Source of the DNA: Candidatus Onthoplasma sp.
GTDB lineage: Bacteria > Bacillota > Clostridia > Christensenellales > UBA1242
Assembly (NCBI GenBank): GCA_045637825.1
Contig: JAZUAD010000036.1
Coordinates: 17,816-81,815 of the forward strand
Length of the DNA: 64,000 nt
Direction: 5' to 3'
Position numbers and translations under genes: made by a program. The notes beneath the pieces were generated by a model. The model was not told where the DNA came from, did not search any database, and worked only from the letters and a program-made list of their open reading frames with translations. The number at the start of each line of letters is the position of its first letter. Position 1 is the stretch's first letter. Below are positions 54,241 through 64,000 of this stretch, piece by piece.

Positions 54241-54897
54241 ATGGCAAAAGTTGTAGTAGCATCATCAAGTCTTCCAGCGGGTAGAAATATGTCTAGTCAG
54301 TTGGACTATATTAAAAAAATGCAAACCTATGGTGCTGATATGTACCATTTGGACGTTATGGACGGTTTGTTTGTTAAAAATCAAACGGTGGATTATACAT
54401 ATCTTGAGCAGTTGAAGATGTCATCTGTTTTGATTTTTGTCGTGCATTTGATGGTGCAATATCCAACTAAGGTGATTAAAAAATATGCTAAAGCGGGGGC
54501 AAATATTTTAACCATTCACTATGAGGCGTTTGCTAACGATAAGTTGTTTATCAAAACACTTAAAAAGATAAAAAAGTTAGGAATGATGCCGGGCATTGCT
54601 CTAGATTTGGATACAGATATTGCGGTAATTGAACCTTTTCTAAAATACTGTGACCTTGTGCTTGTTATGACTGTTAAGGCAGGTAAAGGCGGTCAAGGTT
54701 TTATTGAAAGTGCGCTTAAAAAGGTTAAAGCAATTAAAAAGATTGATAAGCGAATTTTAGTTGAAGTTGATGGCGGAATTAACGATGTTACAGGAGCAAA
54801 AGCAGTTAAAGCAGGTGCTGACATATTAGTTAGTGGTTCATATATTTATAATAACGATGCGTATGAAGCAATACAAAGTTTAAAGGGTAAAAAGTAA
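54241..54897 (+). CDS. rpe: Ribulose-phosphate 3-epimerase family protein (divergent)
   Basis: YHLDVMDGLFVKN, VVHLMV, MTVKAGKGGQGF and EVDGGIN align with Rpe motifs. The metal ligands His/Asp/His/Asp are retained. Confidence 0.75.
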   Translation: MAKVVVASSSLPAGRNMSSQLDYIKKMQTYGADMYHLDVMDGLFVKNQTVDYTYLEQLKMSSVLIFVVHLMVQYPTKVIKKYAKAGANILTIHYEAFANDKLFIKTLKKIKKLGMMPGIALDLDTDIAVIEPFLKYCDLVLVMTVKAGKGGQGFIESALKKVKAIKKIDKRILVEVDGGINDVTGAKAVKAGADILVSGSYIYNNDAYEAIQSLKGKK

Positions 54898-55631
54898 TGG
54901 ATAATAGATACTTTTTTGAAAACGATAAGTCATTAAATGTTGGAGATGTTATAGAACTAGATAAAACTGAAACTGGCCATCTTGTAAAAGTACGCCGTGC
55001 AAAAGTTGGCGATATTATTACTGGTTTTTGCGGAGATGGATTTGATTATACATTGACTATTGACGAAATAGGCAAAATAACAAAGTGTAAAGTGGTTGAA
55101 AAGCTAAAAAACAATGCTGTTGATGTTACTCCAGTTACAGTATTTTTATCAACACTTAAAAATGACGCATTAAATGAAAGTGTTGACAATCTCACACAAC
55201 TTAATGTTAAAAATATTGTGATATTTGATACAAAATTTAGTGTGGCAAGTATTGATGAGGATAAGGTTGAAAAGTTGCGTGTTCGCAGTATTCAAGCGTG
55301 CAAGCAATGTGAGCGTGCAGATTTTATAAATATTAATAAAAGCAAATATAAGCAAGTAATTGATGAGTTAAAAAACTATGACCTAGTATTATTTGCCTAT
55401 GAGAACACAACTAATCCTTTTGTAAGTGATTTGCGTGAGTTTAAAGGCAAGAAGATTGCACTAATTGTAGGTTGTGAAGGTGGTTTTAGTGAAAAGGAAG
55501 CCGAAGAACTAAGCAAGGTTGCAAAAACGATAAGTCTTGGCAAAACCATACTTCGTGCACCTGTTGCGTGTACTGCATTAACATCCGCGGTGATGAGTGG
55601 ACTTGGAGAATGGGGCAGAATACCTCAGTAA
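54897..55631 (+). CDS. rsmE: 16S rRNA (uracil1498-N3)-methyltransferase
   Basis: PUA-like N-terminus (GHLVKVRRAKVGD), LIVGCEGGFSEKE and LGKTILRA SPOUT motifs. Confidence 0.85.
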   Translation: MDNRYFFENDKSLNVGDVIELDKTETGHLVKVRRAKVGDIITGFCGDGFDYTLTIDEIGKITKCKVVEKLKNNAVDVTPVTVFLSTLKNDALNESVDNLTQLNVKNIVIFDTKFSVASIDEDKVEKLRVRSIQACKQCERADFININKSKYKQVIDELKNYDLVLFAYENTTNPFVSDLREFKGKKIALIVGCEGGFSEKEAEELSKVAKTISLGKTILRAPVACTALTSAVMSGLGEWGRIPQ

Positions 55632-55700
55632 ATAAGTAAATTGGCCGATTTAATAAGTCGGCTATTGTTTATTAACAATATTATAGGAGAAAAACAACTA

Positions 55701-56948
55701 ATGAAATTTAGCATAATAACGCTTGGGTGCAAGGTTAATGAGTATGAAAGTCAAAGTATAATGGCGCAGTTGGAAAGTGCTGGGCATACTGTGGTTGAGG
55801 GCTTAGAGGTGGCGGATTATTATATTATTAATACTTGTGCGGTTACTAATATGGCAGAGCGTAAGTCTAGGCAAGTTATTGCAAAGATTAAAAAACTTAA
55901 TCCTAATGCAAAAGTTTTGGTGTGCGGTTGTGCTAGTCAAAACAACTTGGAACAATTTAATAATTATGAGCAAGTGGTGGGTATTATAGGTACTCACGGC
56001 AAGCATAATATTGTAGACTATTTAGAGCATAAAGGTATACTTGATATGACCGAAGAGTATACCAACACAATGTATGCAAAAAATACACTTACAAGGCAGT
56101 ATGTTAAGGTGCAAGATGGTTGTAACAACTTTTGTACCTATTGCATTATTCCTTATACTCGTGGGCGTAGTAGAAGTAGAGATTTAAGTGATGTTTTGGC
56201 AGAGATTAGAGATAGTAAAGCACAAGAAATTGTAATTACAGGAATTGATGTAAGCGATTATAAGATTAATGGTGAAAAAGCACTTATAACTTTACTAGAA
56301 GAAGTAAATAAATTAGGTAAACGATTTAGAATTTCATCTATTCATTGTGGAGTTTTAACAGAGGACTTTTTAAACCGTTTAAGCAAGTGTGAAAACTTTT
56401 GTCCGTTTTTTCATATCAGTATGCAATCAGCAAGTAATGGCACATTAAAACGTATGAATCGACATTATTCAATAGAGGAATATATAGAGGTGTGTAATAA
56501 TGTTAAACGACATTTTCCAACTGCTTGTATTTCAACTGATATTATTGTGGGTTTTAAGGGTGAAAGTGAAGAGGAATTTGACGAAACTGTGATAAATTTA
56601 AAAAAGATACCATTTGCCTTTATGCATATTTTCCCATATAGTATTCGTAAAGGTACGGTGGCGGAACATTTAAGCGTGGACGTTCCAAGTGATGTGGTTA
56701 AACAACGTGAAAAAGATTTAAAGCAACTAAGTGATAAATTTTATAATAAATTTTTAACCGACAATATTGGTAAAACGCATAAAGTGTTGGTGGAAGAATA
56801 TAAAGATGGTTATAGTGTGGGGTATACTGAAAATTATATTTACACTTATATTGACCAAAAATTAGATAATGGCATTTATCAAGTTGAGTTAACTGAAAAG
56901 TTTAAAGATGGGTGCAGGGGCAAGGTTTTGTTAAAGATTAATGAATAA
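55701..56948 (+). CDS. mtaB: Radical SAM methylthiotransferase, MtaB-like (MiaB/RimO family)
   Basis: MKFSIITLGCKVNEYES UPF0004 N-terminus, NTCAVT, CNNFCTYCIIPYTRG radical SAM cluster, TRAM-like C-terminus. ATG at 55701 with AGGAGAAA SD. Confidence 0.88.
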   Translation: MKFSIITLGCKVNEYESQSIMAQLESAGHTVVEGLEVADYYIINTCAVTNMAERKSRQVIAKIKKLNPNAKVLVCGCASQNNLEQFNNYEQVVGIIGTHGKHNIVDYLEHKGILDMTEEYTNTMYAKNTLTRQYVKVQDGCNNFCTYCIIPYTRGRSRSRDLSDVLAEIRDSKAQEIVITGIDVSDYKINGEKALITLLEEVNKLGKRFRISSIHCGVLTEDFLNRLSKCENFCPFFHISMQSASNGTLKRMNRHYSIEEYIEVCNNVKRHFPTACISTDIIVGFKGESEEEFDETVINLKKIPFAFMHIFPYSIRKGTVAEHLSVDVPSDVVKQREKDLKQLSDKFYNKFLTDNIGKTHKVLVEEYKDGYSVGYTENYIYTYIDQKLDNGIYQVELTEKFKDGCRGKVLLKINE

Positions 56949-57029
56949 TTGTGGACGCTTTAGCATTAAATATGAAAATATTAGTTAAAGTTTTCAAATA
57001 AAACACAAAAGAAAAAGGGGTTAAAATTA

Positions 57030-58169
57030 ATGAGATTTACCATAGAATATAATCCAACGGATAGAGATATAAAAGAGATGTTGTTATTGGATAAAGATGT
57101 TTTTAATTTAAAAGATACAACTTCTTTTAGTAAGGTAAAAAGTTGGTATAAAAAAAATAATGAAATTTACACGATATTAAAGTTAGATGGTGTAGTGGTT
57201 GGTTATATAAACTTTATGCCTATAACAAAAGAATGTTACGATAAATTTCGTATAGGCAAATATAAAGATTATATGCTTACCACTAAAGACATAACTCCTT
57301 TTATTAAAGGTGAAGACAACTATTGTTTGGCTATTTCGGTAGTTATACGAAAAGACCTAAGAGATACGCAAGCAATTGTTAAATTATGGAAAGGATTTGT
57401 AAACAAAATAAATAGGTTAAAGAAATCTGATGTTAAAATTGCTTCAGTTATAGCTGATTGTGTTAGTGTTGATGGTATTAAATATTTTATTAGTAATTAT
57501 AACGGTAAATATGTTTGTAACTCAAAAGATTGGGGCAAAATTTATGAAGGAAATATATCCAATAAATACAATAGATTACATAAGATAGATTTAAAACCTT
57601 TAAATAAATCAAATATAAAGATTGCTGCAAAATATCAATATGAAATATTTAAAGATTCAAATAGTGTGGGTTATTGTGATTATCTTGATGAAATTAATAA
57701 TAACAATATGATTGGAGATGATTGGTCACAAAATTATTTGATTTATTATAAAGGCAAGCCTGTTGGAGTAATTGGATTACTTAAATATCAAAAATATCCA
57801 GATGATATTTGGTTAAATTGGTTTGGTGTAATGCCTAAGTATCGAAATAAAGGTATAGGTACAGCATCATTAATTAAAATAATTAAAATGGCACGAAAGT
57901 ATAATGCTAAGAATTTTAGATTGTTTACATATGAAATGTGGTATAGGGTTGCGCAAAATATCTATAGAAAAACTATGCAATTAGAAGAAAACTATTTAAA
58001 TCCGAAAGACGAAAAAATTATAAATCAACAGGGAGCGGTTAAAGTTTATAGCATTAGTTTATGCGATAAAGTGTGTGATGAATGGGATAATAAATTTTTA
58101 AATCTTATTAGCGAATCAGACTTAAGTAAAAGAAGTATTAAAAAACTTAAAGAAGATGGTTTGATTTAA
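57030..58169 (+). CDS. Two-lobed GNAT-family N-acetyltransferase
   Basis: The C-terminal half has LNWFGVMPKYRNKGIGTASL (GNAT motif A). The N-terminal half is GNAT-like (VVGYINFMPI). Confidence 0.7.
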   Translation: MRFTIEYNPTDRDIKEMLLLDKDVFNLKDTTSFSKVKSWYKKNNEIYTILKLDGVVVGYINFMPITKECYDKFRIGKYKDYMLTTKDITPFIKGEDNYCLAISVVIRKDLRDTQAIVKLWKGFVNKINRLKKSDVKIASVIADCVSVDGIKYFISNYNGKYVCNSKDWGKIYEGNISNKYNRLHKIDLKPLNKSNIKIAAKYQYEIFKDSNSVGYCDYLDEINNNNMIGDDWSQNYLIYYKGKPVGVIGLLKYQKYPDDIWLNWFGVMPKYRNKGIGTASLIKIIKMARKYNAKNFRLFTYEMWYRVAQNIYRKTMQLEENYLNPKDEKIINQQGAVKVYSISLCDKVCDEWDNKFLNLISESDLSKRSIKKLKEDGLI

Positions 58170-58261
58170 ATAAATAGCATAAATATATTGAAATAAAACA
58201 CAAAAGTGCTTGGATAAAATTTAATTGTGTGTTATACTAAAGTTATATAAGAGAGGTTGTT

Positions 58262-58597
58262 ATGGAAGATTGTATTTTTTGTAAGATTAGAGTGGGTGAA
58301 ATACCTAGCACAAAGTTGTATGAAGATGAAGATTTTATGATTATTAAGGATATTAATCCTGTTAGTAAAATTCATTTAATTGCTATACCTAACGAGCATT
58401 ATGCAACACTAGAGATGCAAACTGATGAAGGTGCAAGAGTGCTTGGAAAAATTTTAAATAAGATTGGCGAATTGGCAGATAGTTTGGGGCTAAGCAATGG
58501 TTATCGTTTAACAATTAATCAAGGAGAGGACGCTGGTCAAACAGTACACCACTTGCATATTCATATTATGGGTGGCGAAAAACTTAAAAATTTATAG
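58262..58597 (+). CDS. HIT-family (histidine triad) nucleotide hydrolase
   Basis: CIFCKI zinc-like N-terminus and QTVHHLHIHIMGG histidine triad. Confidence 0.92.
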   Translation: MEDCIFCKIRVGEIPSTKLYEDEDFMIIKDINPVSKIHLIAIPNEHYATLEMQTDEGARVLGKILNKIGELADSLGLSNGYRLTINQGEDAGQTVHHLHIHIMGGEKLKNL

Positions 58598-58605
58598 TAA
58601 ATTAT

Positions 58606-58638
58606 TAAAAAACAGACGATTGATTCGCCTGTTTTTTT
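58606..58638. terminator. Bidirectional rho-independent terminator
   Basis: ACAGACGA / TCGCCTGT imperfect stem flanked by A- and T-runs, between convergent genes. Confidence 0.6.
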
Positions 58639-58646
58639 GTGTTTTA

Positions 58647-60443
58647 TTAAATGTTTTCGGCAAGGAACATTGCCTTAAATTTGTCATTACGTTCAAACAA
58701 TTCTTCAAAAGTTCCGCTATCAATAATTTCGCCATTATCTAGGAAGAATATTGTGTCAACATTTTTGATGGTAGATAAACGGTGAGCAACTATTACTATA
58801 GTGCTTTTACCTTTTAGATTATCAATACTCTTTTTAACTTCTTCCTGAGCAAAGTTATCTAGCGAACTGGTGCTTTCATCAAATATAATAATGCTGGATT
58901 TGCGAAGTAGGGCACGTGCTATTGCTAGACGTTGTTTTTGGCCACCACTTAGTTTAATACCGCTTTCACCAACTTTAGTATGAATACCATTTGGAAGAGT
59001 ATCTATAAAATCTTTTAAAGATGCTTTTTTGATTGCATCTATGATTTCCTTGTCGGTTGCATTGCCTTTAGCAAGCAATAAATTTTCCTTGATTGACATA
59101 TCAAATATGTACGGAAATTGATTTACTAAAGATATACCATTACGTAAAGTTTTTTTATTCAATTTGTTAATATTTACACCATCAATCAATACTTCGCCAC
59201 TATCAACCTCGTACATTTTTGACATAAGGTTTAATATTGTAGATTTACCGCTACCAGATTTTCCTACAAAAGCCACTGTGGTGTGTGGTTTAATTTTAAA
59301 CGATAGATTGTTAAACACTTGATTTTGATTAATTAGTTTTGGTTTAACCTTTTGTTTGGTTTTTAATTTTTTATTTTTGTTGTCCTTGTCTTGATATTCA
59401 TATTCTTTAAATGAATAGGATACGTTTTTAAATTCAATATTTCCTTTAATTTGATTTAAGTTGGTTTTGCCAAAATGCTCAGTAACAAACTCAGTTTCGT
59501 CAAATAATGCGAACATACGCTCACAACTAACTCTAATATCTACTATAGCATTAGAAATGTATCCTGTATTCCAAATAATTCGATATAATGAATCTTTATT
59601 TGAATTAATAATCATAAATGCAGCAAGAGTAAGTAGACCTTTATCAATAAATACAATGCCTAGTATTAGAGCAAGGGTGGAGATAGTATTTATAATAAAA
59701 TTTCTAATTTGTCCAAACCAAGCATCATTCATATCGTGTTTAAAGCGAGCTTTACGATATTGAATATAGTTATATTCTGATACTTCGCTTAATTTATCTT
59801 CAAGCCCCAAAGATTTAATATCTTTTTCACTTCGTACAATTTCAGTTGTTAGTGAATGTATTTTATCATTTGTTTTTTTGACTTCAATTCTATTTTTACG
59901 ACGAGTTTTAATTCTAAAGCGTTCAATAATTATGCCAATAATTAATACGCCAACAAATATTAAAGCAATCCAACTGTTTAGGGTGGTAATATATACTAAC
60001 ATTACAAAAGCAGTAATCAAGTCGGATATAATATCAACTATGTCGGCACATTTGCTAACCACTTGTTCAGGGTCGCTAACTATACGTGTTACAAAAGTTC
60101 CAGTATCGTGGTCGGAAAAGGTTTTTGAATTTAATTTAAACGATTGTTTTGCTAAATCAAAATTCAAATCGGACATAATTTTGTTTGAATATGCAAAGTA
60201 TAATGTATTTGCAATACACCAAAAACATCTTTGCAAAGTACATAGTCCTAAAAACACAAATCCAAATATAATAGCTTTTGTAAATTTTGACAAAGTAATT
60301 AATTCAATTACATTTGCTGAAGTAATTGTTATAAAAATACTACAAGCACTAGCTAAAAGCATCACTAAAATATATATGATTATAGCAACTTTGTATTTTT
60401 GTAGATATAGCCATAAATTAGGTTTTTTTGTTTTAGTCTTCAT
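58647..60443 (-). CDS. ABC exporter, fused permease/ATPase half-transporter
   Basis: Six N-terminal TM helices, GKSGSGKST Walker A, LSGGQKQRLAIARALL signature, IIIFDESTSSLD Walker B. Confidence 0.9.
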   Translation of the reverse strand: MKTKTKKPNLWLYLQKYKVAIIIYILVMLLASACSIFITITSANVIELITLSKFTKAIIFGFVFLGLCTLQRCFWCIANTLYFAYSNKIMSDLNFDLAKQSFKLNSKTFSDHDTGTFVTRIVSDPEQVVSKCADIVDIISDLITAFVMLVYITTLNSWIALIFVGVLIIGIIIERFRIKTRRKNRIEVKKTNDKIHSLTTEIVRSEKDIKSLGLEDKLSEVSEYNYIQYRKARFKHDMNDAWFGQIRNFIINTISTLALILGIVFIDKGLLTLAAFMIINSNKDSLYRIIWNTGYISNAIVDIRVSCERMFALFDETEFVTEHFGKTNLNQIKGNIEFKNVSYSFKEYEYQDKDNKNKKLKTKQKVKPKLINQNQVFNNLSFKIKPHTTVAFVGKSGSGKSTILNLMSKMYEVDSGEVLIDGVNINKLNKKTLRNGISLVNQFPYIFDMSIKENLLLAKGNATDKEIIDAIKKASLKDFIDTLPNGIHTKVGESGIKLSGGQKQRLAIARALLRKSSIIIFDESTSSLDNFAQEEVKKSIDNLKGKSTIVIVAHRLSTIKNVDTIFFLDNGEIIDSGTFEELFERNDKFKAMFLAENI

Positions 60444-60537
60444 AATAAACCCCTTTATAAAAAAAGATTAACAAATTCAAATGTTGTTTGTCAATCTTTA
60501 TTTACATAATTATAAAGATATTCGCAATTTATTAAAT

Positions 60538-60924
60538 TTAAAGGATATTAACAAAACTAAAACCGCTAATTTCTTTTAATCCTTCAACATTATATTTTAG
60601 TAAAAGCGAATAGGTTACTGCAGTTTCTTGGTCATCATTATCAATACTAGATTTTAAAAATTGCAGATGGTCACTAACGGGTTGTAGGTCTTTACGAGAA
60701 ATAGATATACACAATATATCCATTTTTTTGGTCCAATATTTATCTAGTTCAGTTATGCGATTTGCAAGTTCTGGATAGGTTATATCCTCTTTAAGAAGTT
60801 CGTAGTGTATGGCACTACTTTCCTTATTCATATGCTTAAACACTTGTTTGGTATACCAAACGTCCCAAATACATAGAGCATTTACTACAATGGTTAGTAT
60901 GGTAACTGCAATAAAACTTTTCAT
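60538..60924 (-). CDS. DUF4363-like small membrane-anchored protein
   Basis: N-terminal TM helix plus helical domain. Its position downstream of a DUF421 (YetF-like) gene is the usual pairing in Clostridia/Bacilli. Confidence 0.5.
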   Translation of the reverse strand: MKSFIAVTILTIVVNALCIWDVWYTKQVFKHMNKESSAIHYELLKEDITYPELANRITELDKYWTKKMDILCISISRKDLQPVSDHLQFLKSSIDNDDQETAVTYSLLLKYNVEGLKEISGFSFVNIL

Positions 60925-60934
60925 AATAGTCCTT

Positions 60935-61672
60935 TTAGTTTTTAATTTTGTTAGATTTGTTGTTTATTAATTTATTTATATCTTGAATAACTTTATAAGG
61001 TTGACCTTTTAGTTGGTAGTAAGATTTTCCAGCGTTATCTAAGTTCATTATAATGATATCTTTGACTTTTTTAATATTTAACTTATCTAGCAAGGTTGTT
61101 AATTGTTGTTTATTAATATTTACAGAACTTAAATTACTTTCCATAATTTTACCATCGCTAATAATAAGTGAAGGAAGTTCTGGTGGCGGATTGCTGGCGT
61201 TAACATCTTTAGCGGTTGCAGGAGCATTTTCTGATGTGGGAATAACACTCATTTTACCATTAGTTTCTATTATGGCATATTGAACTTGCTCAAAACTAAA
61301 ATAATTTAATTGTCTTAAACTTTCTTGCAGGTCATGTAAGTTCATATTTAATTTTTTTAACGCATCATAATTAATTCCGTCAGGGTCAATTACTATTACA
61401 GATTTTCCACTAATTAATCGTCTAAATAATATGCTTTTTCGTGTAAGCATAGTAATAGAGTAGTGTAACATTACTAGTATTGCTAGCGGAAGAATGCCGT
61501 TAAGTAAAGGTATATTTGCATCACTCATAGGCACTGTGGCCAAGTCTGCTATAATTAAGGTTATAACTAACTCGTAAGGTTGCATTTCGCCAATTTGACG
61601 TTTGCCCATAATGCGTAAAAACAATAATACAACAAAAAATATAATTTGAACACGTATAAATAAAACTAACAT
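60935..61672 (-). CDS. DUF421 (YetF-like) membrane protein
   Basis: LFLRIMGKRQIGEMQPYELVITLIIADLA is the characteristic YetF N-terminal motif. Confidence 0.75.
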   Translation of the reverse strand: MLVLFIRVQIIFFVVLLFLRIMGKRQIGEMQPYELVITLIIADLATVPMSDANIPLLNGILPLAILVMLHYSITMLTRKSILFRRLISGKSVIVIDPDGINYDALKKLNMNLHDLQESLRQLNYFSFEQVQYAIIETNGKMSVIPTSENAPATAKDVNASNPPPELPSLIISDGKIMESNLSSVNINKQQLTTLLDKLNIKKVKDIIIMNLDNAGKSYYQLKGQPYKVIQDINKLINNKSNKIKN

Positions 61673-61774
61673 ATAAGTAATTTTTACAATATTAGTGGTT
61701 TTTAATCATAAATTTGTAAAATTTTTAGTTCTATTAGACATTTTGTCCACATAAAATTAAGTATGGAGAAAATT

Positions 61775-62461
61775 ATGAGAAAAATTCTATGTGTTTTAGC
61801 AATAATGTTATGCGGAGTGTTGGCTATGGGTTGTGTGGGCAAAAAAGATGAAAAAAACTTTAATGAGCATCTAATTGAAATTAGAAACAACCTTTTTGCA
61901 GGTCAAGATGAAACCTATTACGCTACAGTATGTACTGGCGAGCGTGAGCAAGAATATGCTTTAGATGGCAAAATTAACGAATTGGTGCCTTTTGGTATTG
62001 TAACCTTGGCACGAAATGATAATGAGGCCTTAGCAAAAGAGGAATATCAATTCACATTAATTGTTAATGGTGAAAATATATTAGGAAATTTGGAAAAAAG
62101 TCCGTACGACAACACTTATTCTGCCGACATTGAACAAGTAATTGCAGATGATGCGGAGATTAGTTTGGAATTAAATATTGATGGGCATAATTTTAATCAA
62201 CCCCTTACTAATATTTCATCAACCTTTACAGTAGGTAAAGACGAAGCAATTAGTATTGCGTGTGAAGAATTAAGCGATAGTATTAAAAAACTAAGCGAAC
62301 AAACCGACAATATGAGCGAGGCGTTTATTAAAATATTAAAAGACTATTCAGGTGAAAGCAATAAGTATTATTGGTATGTTGGAATAATATCGCCAGAGGG
62401 TAAAACTAGCGGAGTGCTTATTGATACATCTAGCGGAGATATTGTTTCAAAAAAGGTATAA
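61775..62461 (+). CDS. Putative lipoprotein, function unknown
   Basis: Signal peptide with lipobox (LAMGC). ATG at 61775 is preceded by GGAGAAA. Confidence 0.7.
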   Translation: MRKILCVLAIMLCGVLAMGCVGKKDEKNFNEHLIEIRNNLFAGQDETYYATVCTGEREQEYALDGKINELVPFGIVTLARNDNEALAKEEYQFTLIVNGENILGNLEKSPYDNTYSADIEQVIADDAEISLELNIDGHNFNQPLTNISSTFTVGKDEAISIACEELSDSIKKLSEQTDNMSEAFIKILKDYSGESNKYYWYVGIISPEGKTSGVLIDTSSGDIVSKKV

Positions 62462-62692
62462 ATATAAAAAATTACCAAAAGTAGTTTGAAGATTTTAACA
62501 ACTTAAAAATTTATTAAACCAGATTACAATTAGTTTTGTAGTTTGGTTCTTATTTTTTAAAACCAAACAAATATTACTAATGTTAACTTTTGTATTAAAT
62601 ATACAAATTTGGCGGATAATTATTTGTTAAAAAAAGTAAACTATGATATAATGTTTAGGATTTAATAAGAGAATATATCAAAAGGAAATATT

Positions 62693-64000
62693 ATGGACAA
62701 GTTATTTATAGTTGATGGAAACAGTTTGGTGTTTAGGGCATTTTATGCGCTTCCACCTATGTATAATTCGCAACGAACACCTACAAATTCAGTGTTTGGC
62801 TTTTTTAAAATGCTTATTAATATAATTACCAAGCATAGTCCTAAATATTTGGCGGTGGCATTTGATGCGGGCAAGCATACTTTTAGGCACTATATTTTTG
62901 CTGACTATAAGGGCACACGTAAACCTATGCCAGAGGAGTTAAGAAGTCAGTTGCCTATAATTAAGGAATTGTTAAAACAAATGAATATAACCACTATTGA
63001 AATCCCTGAAATTGAAGCAGATGATATTATAGGTAGTTTGTCCAAAAAGTTTGATATTGACAAAGTGTTAATTTCCGGTGATAGGGACTTATTGCAATTA
63101 ATAACTGATAATTGTCACGTATGGCTTACTCAAAAGGGATTGAGTGAAATAGCGGATTTGGATATTGCGGGTTTAAATGAAAAGTTTAGCATTAAGCCAT
63201 ATCAAGTAATTGAAATGAAAGCAATAATGGGTGATGCTAGCGATAATATCCCTGGTGTTAAAGGGATTGGTGAAAAAACTGCTTTAAAGTTGATTAGTCA
63301 ATATGATAATATTGATAATTTGTATCAAAATATTGAGCAAGTTGGTGGTAAAACCCAAACATTGCTAGAACAATATAAGGATATGGCGTATATTTCAAAG
63401 CAACTTGCAACAATTAAAACTGATTGTCAGTTGGATTATTGTTTGGAAGACTTTAAATATGATTTTCCCTTTAACGAAACAGTACGACAAACTTTTAAGC
63501 AACTAGAGTTTAGAAGCGCTATTGACAAGGAAGAATATTTTGTAAAAGTAAACAACGAAACTTTAATAGAAAATGAATTTATTCATCAAGATATTAATGA
63601 AGATAATAAATTAACAATATTAAATAATATTTATACTCAACAATGCATTGGGGTTAATATTGATGAAATTGGAATTTGTTTTGCAATAGGAGAAACCGAA
63701 TATCAATTTTTAAATTTTGATTTTGCAAACAATCAAATATATGAAATGATAAAAAAAATAATGGAAAATGAAGGCATTGAAAAGGTTGTATATGATGCAA
63801 AAACTATGATGCACACTTTGTCACAGTACGATATTGCTTTAAATAATTTTTATGATGTGTCGGTGGCTTATTATATTTTAGGTATAAGCGAAAAGGAAAA
63901 TTCTTTGACATCGATAGTTGACAAAAATGGATTATCAAGGCAATGTTTGGCAGTTAGTTTACTTAAACTAAAACAATTAAGTTTAAATCAATTACAACAA
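62693..64000 (+). CDS. polA: DNA polymerase I, N-terminal 5'-3' exonuclease and start of the 3'-5' exo-like domain; continues past the window end
   Basis: Manual translation from ATG at 62693 gives MDKLFIVDGNSLVFRAFYALPPM...AFDAGKHTFRH..YKG.R...PEEL, then IMGDASDNIPGVKGIGEKTALKL. No stop falls before the window end. Confidence 0.9.
   Translation, partial: MDKLFIVDGNSLVFRAFYALPPMYNSQRTPTNSVFGFFKMLINIITKHSPKYLAVAFDAGKHTFRHYIFADYKGTRKPMPEELRSQLPIIKELLKQMNITTIEIPEIEADDIIGSLSKKFDIDKVLISGDRDLLQLITDNCHVWLTQKGLSEIADLDIAGLNEKFSIKPYQVIEMKAIMGDASDNIPGVKGIGEKTALKLISQYDNIDNLYQNIEQVGGKTQTLLEQYKDMAYISKQLATIKTDCQLDYCLEDFKYDFPFNETVRQTFKQLEFRSAIDKEEYFVKVNNETLIENEFIHQDINEDNKLTILNNIYTQQCIGVNIDEIGICFAIGETEYQFLNFDFANNQIYEMIKKIMENEGIEKVVYDAKTMMHTLSQYDIALNNFYDVSVAYYILGISEKENSLTSIVDKNGLSRQCLAVSLLKLKQLSLNQLQQ

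Noticed and set aside
56996-58205. 16-nt direct repeat AAATAAAACACAAAAG (56996-57011 and 58190-58205) flanking the GNAT gene at 57030-58169
   Set aside because: An exact A-rich 16-mer is about what chance predicts once or twice in 64 kb of AT-rich DNA. There is no extension of identity on either side.
59878-60471. 197-aa ORF (and the one at 59461-59763) antisense to the ABC transporter
   Set aside because: They are fully embedded antisense to a gene with unambiguous Walker/ABC signatures. They have an Ile/Phe/Lys-rich low-complexity translation typical of AT-rich antisense frames, and no SD.

Overview
AT-rich segment (roughly one-third G+C by eye), standard genetic code, densely packed with about 70 genes. 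There are no rRNA or tRNA genes, CRISPR arrays, transposases or integrases that I can support. Gene content points to a low-GC Gram-positive bacterium (Bacillota, Clostridia-like, with spore-associated genes: SpoIVFB-like M50 protease, SpoVB/MurJ-like flippase, DUF421 plus DUF4363).

Most of the window is housekeeping:
- Chaperones and core functions: groES-groEL, cmk, lgt, mnmA, recX, acpS, ileS, ung.
- Cell division and lipid block: minD-minE, rpmF, plsX-rnc.
- Translation block: rpoZ-priA-def ... fmt-rlmN ... rpe-rsmE-mtaB, then HIT and polA.

The most interesting signal is the ileS leader (22123-22272, minus strand). In place of a recognisable T-box it has a consensus promoter. Then comes an almost leaderless 15-codon ORF with 7 isoleucine codons (MKTINANIIINIIIA). 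After that come mutually exclusive antiterminator and terminator helices, the layout of classical ribosome-mediated attenuation.

Other notable items:
- A four-gene operon of unrecognisable proteins directly upstream of ileS.
- Two ASKHA-fold proteins (Ppx/GppA-like and MreB-like) with degenerate nucleotide-binding motifs, placed in front of minDE with no mreCD or minC.
- A protein combining an HEPN-like RNxxxH motif with a CBS pair.
- Two very long membrane-anchored coiled-coil proteins flanking cmk.
- A four-gene GNAT / transglutaminase-like / GNAT / APH-kinase insertion inside the normally contiguous def-fmt pair.
- A 38-nt perfect direct repeat (terminator plus promoter module) bracketing pnuC.
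- A 1080-aa BspA-type LRR surface protein wedged between rpmF and plsX.

All product calls come from motif recognition by eye on the supplied translations. No database search was run.
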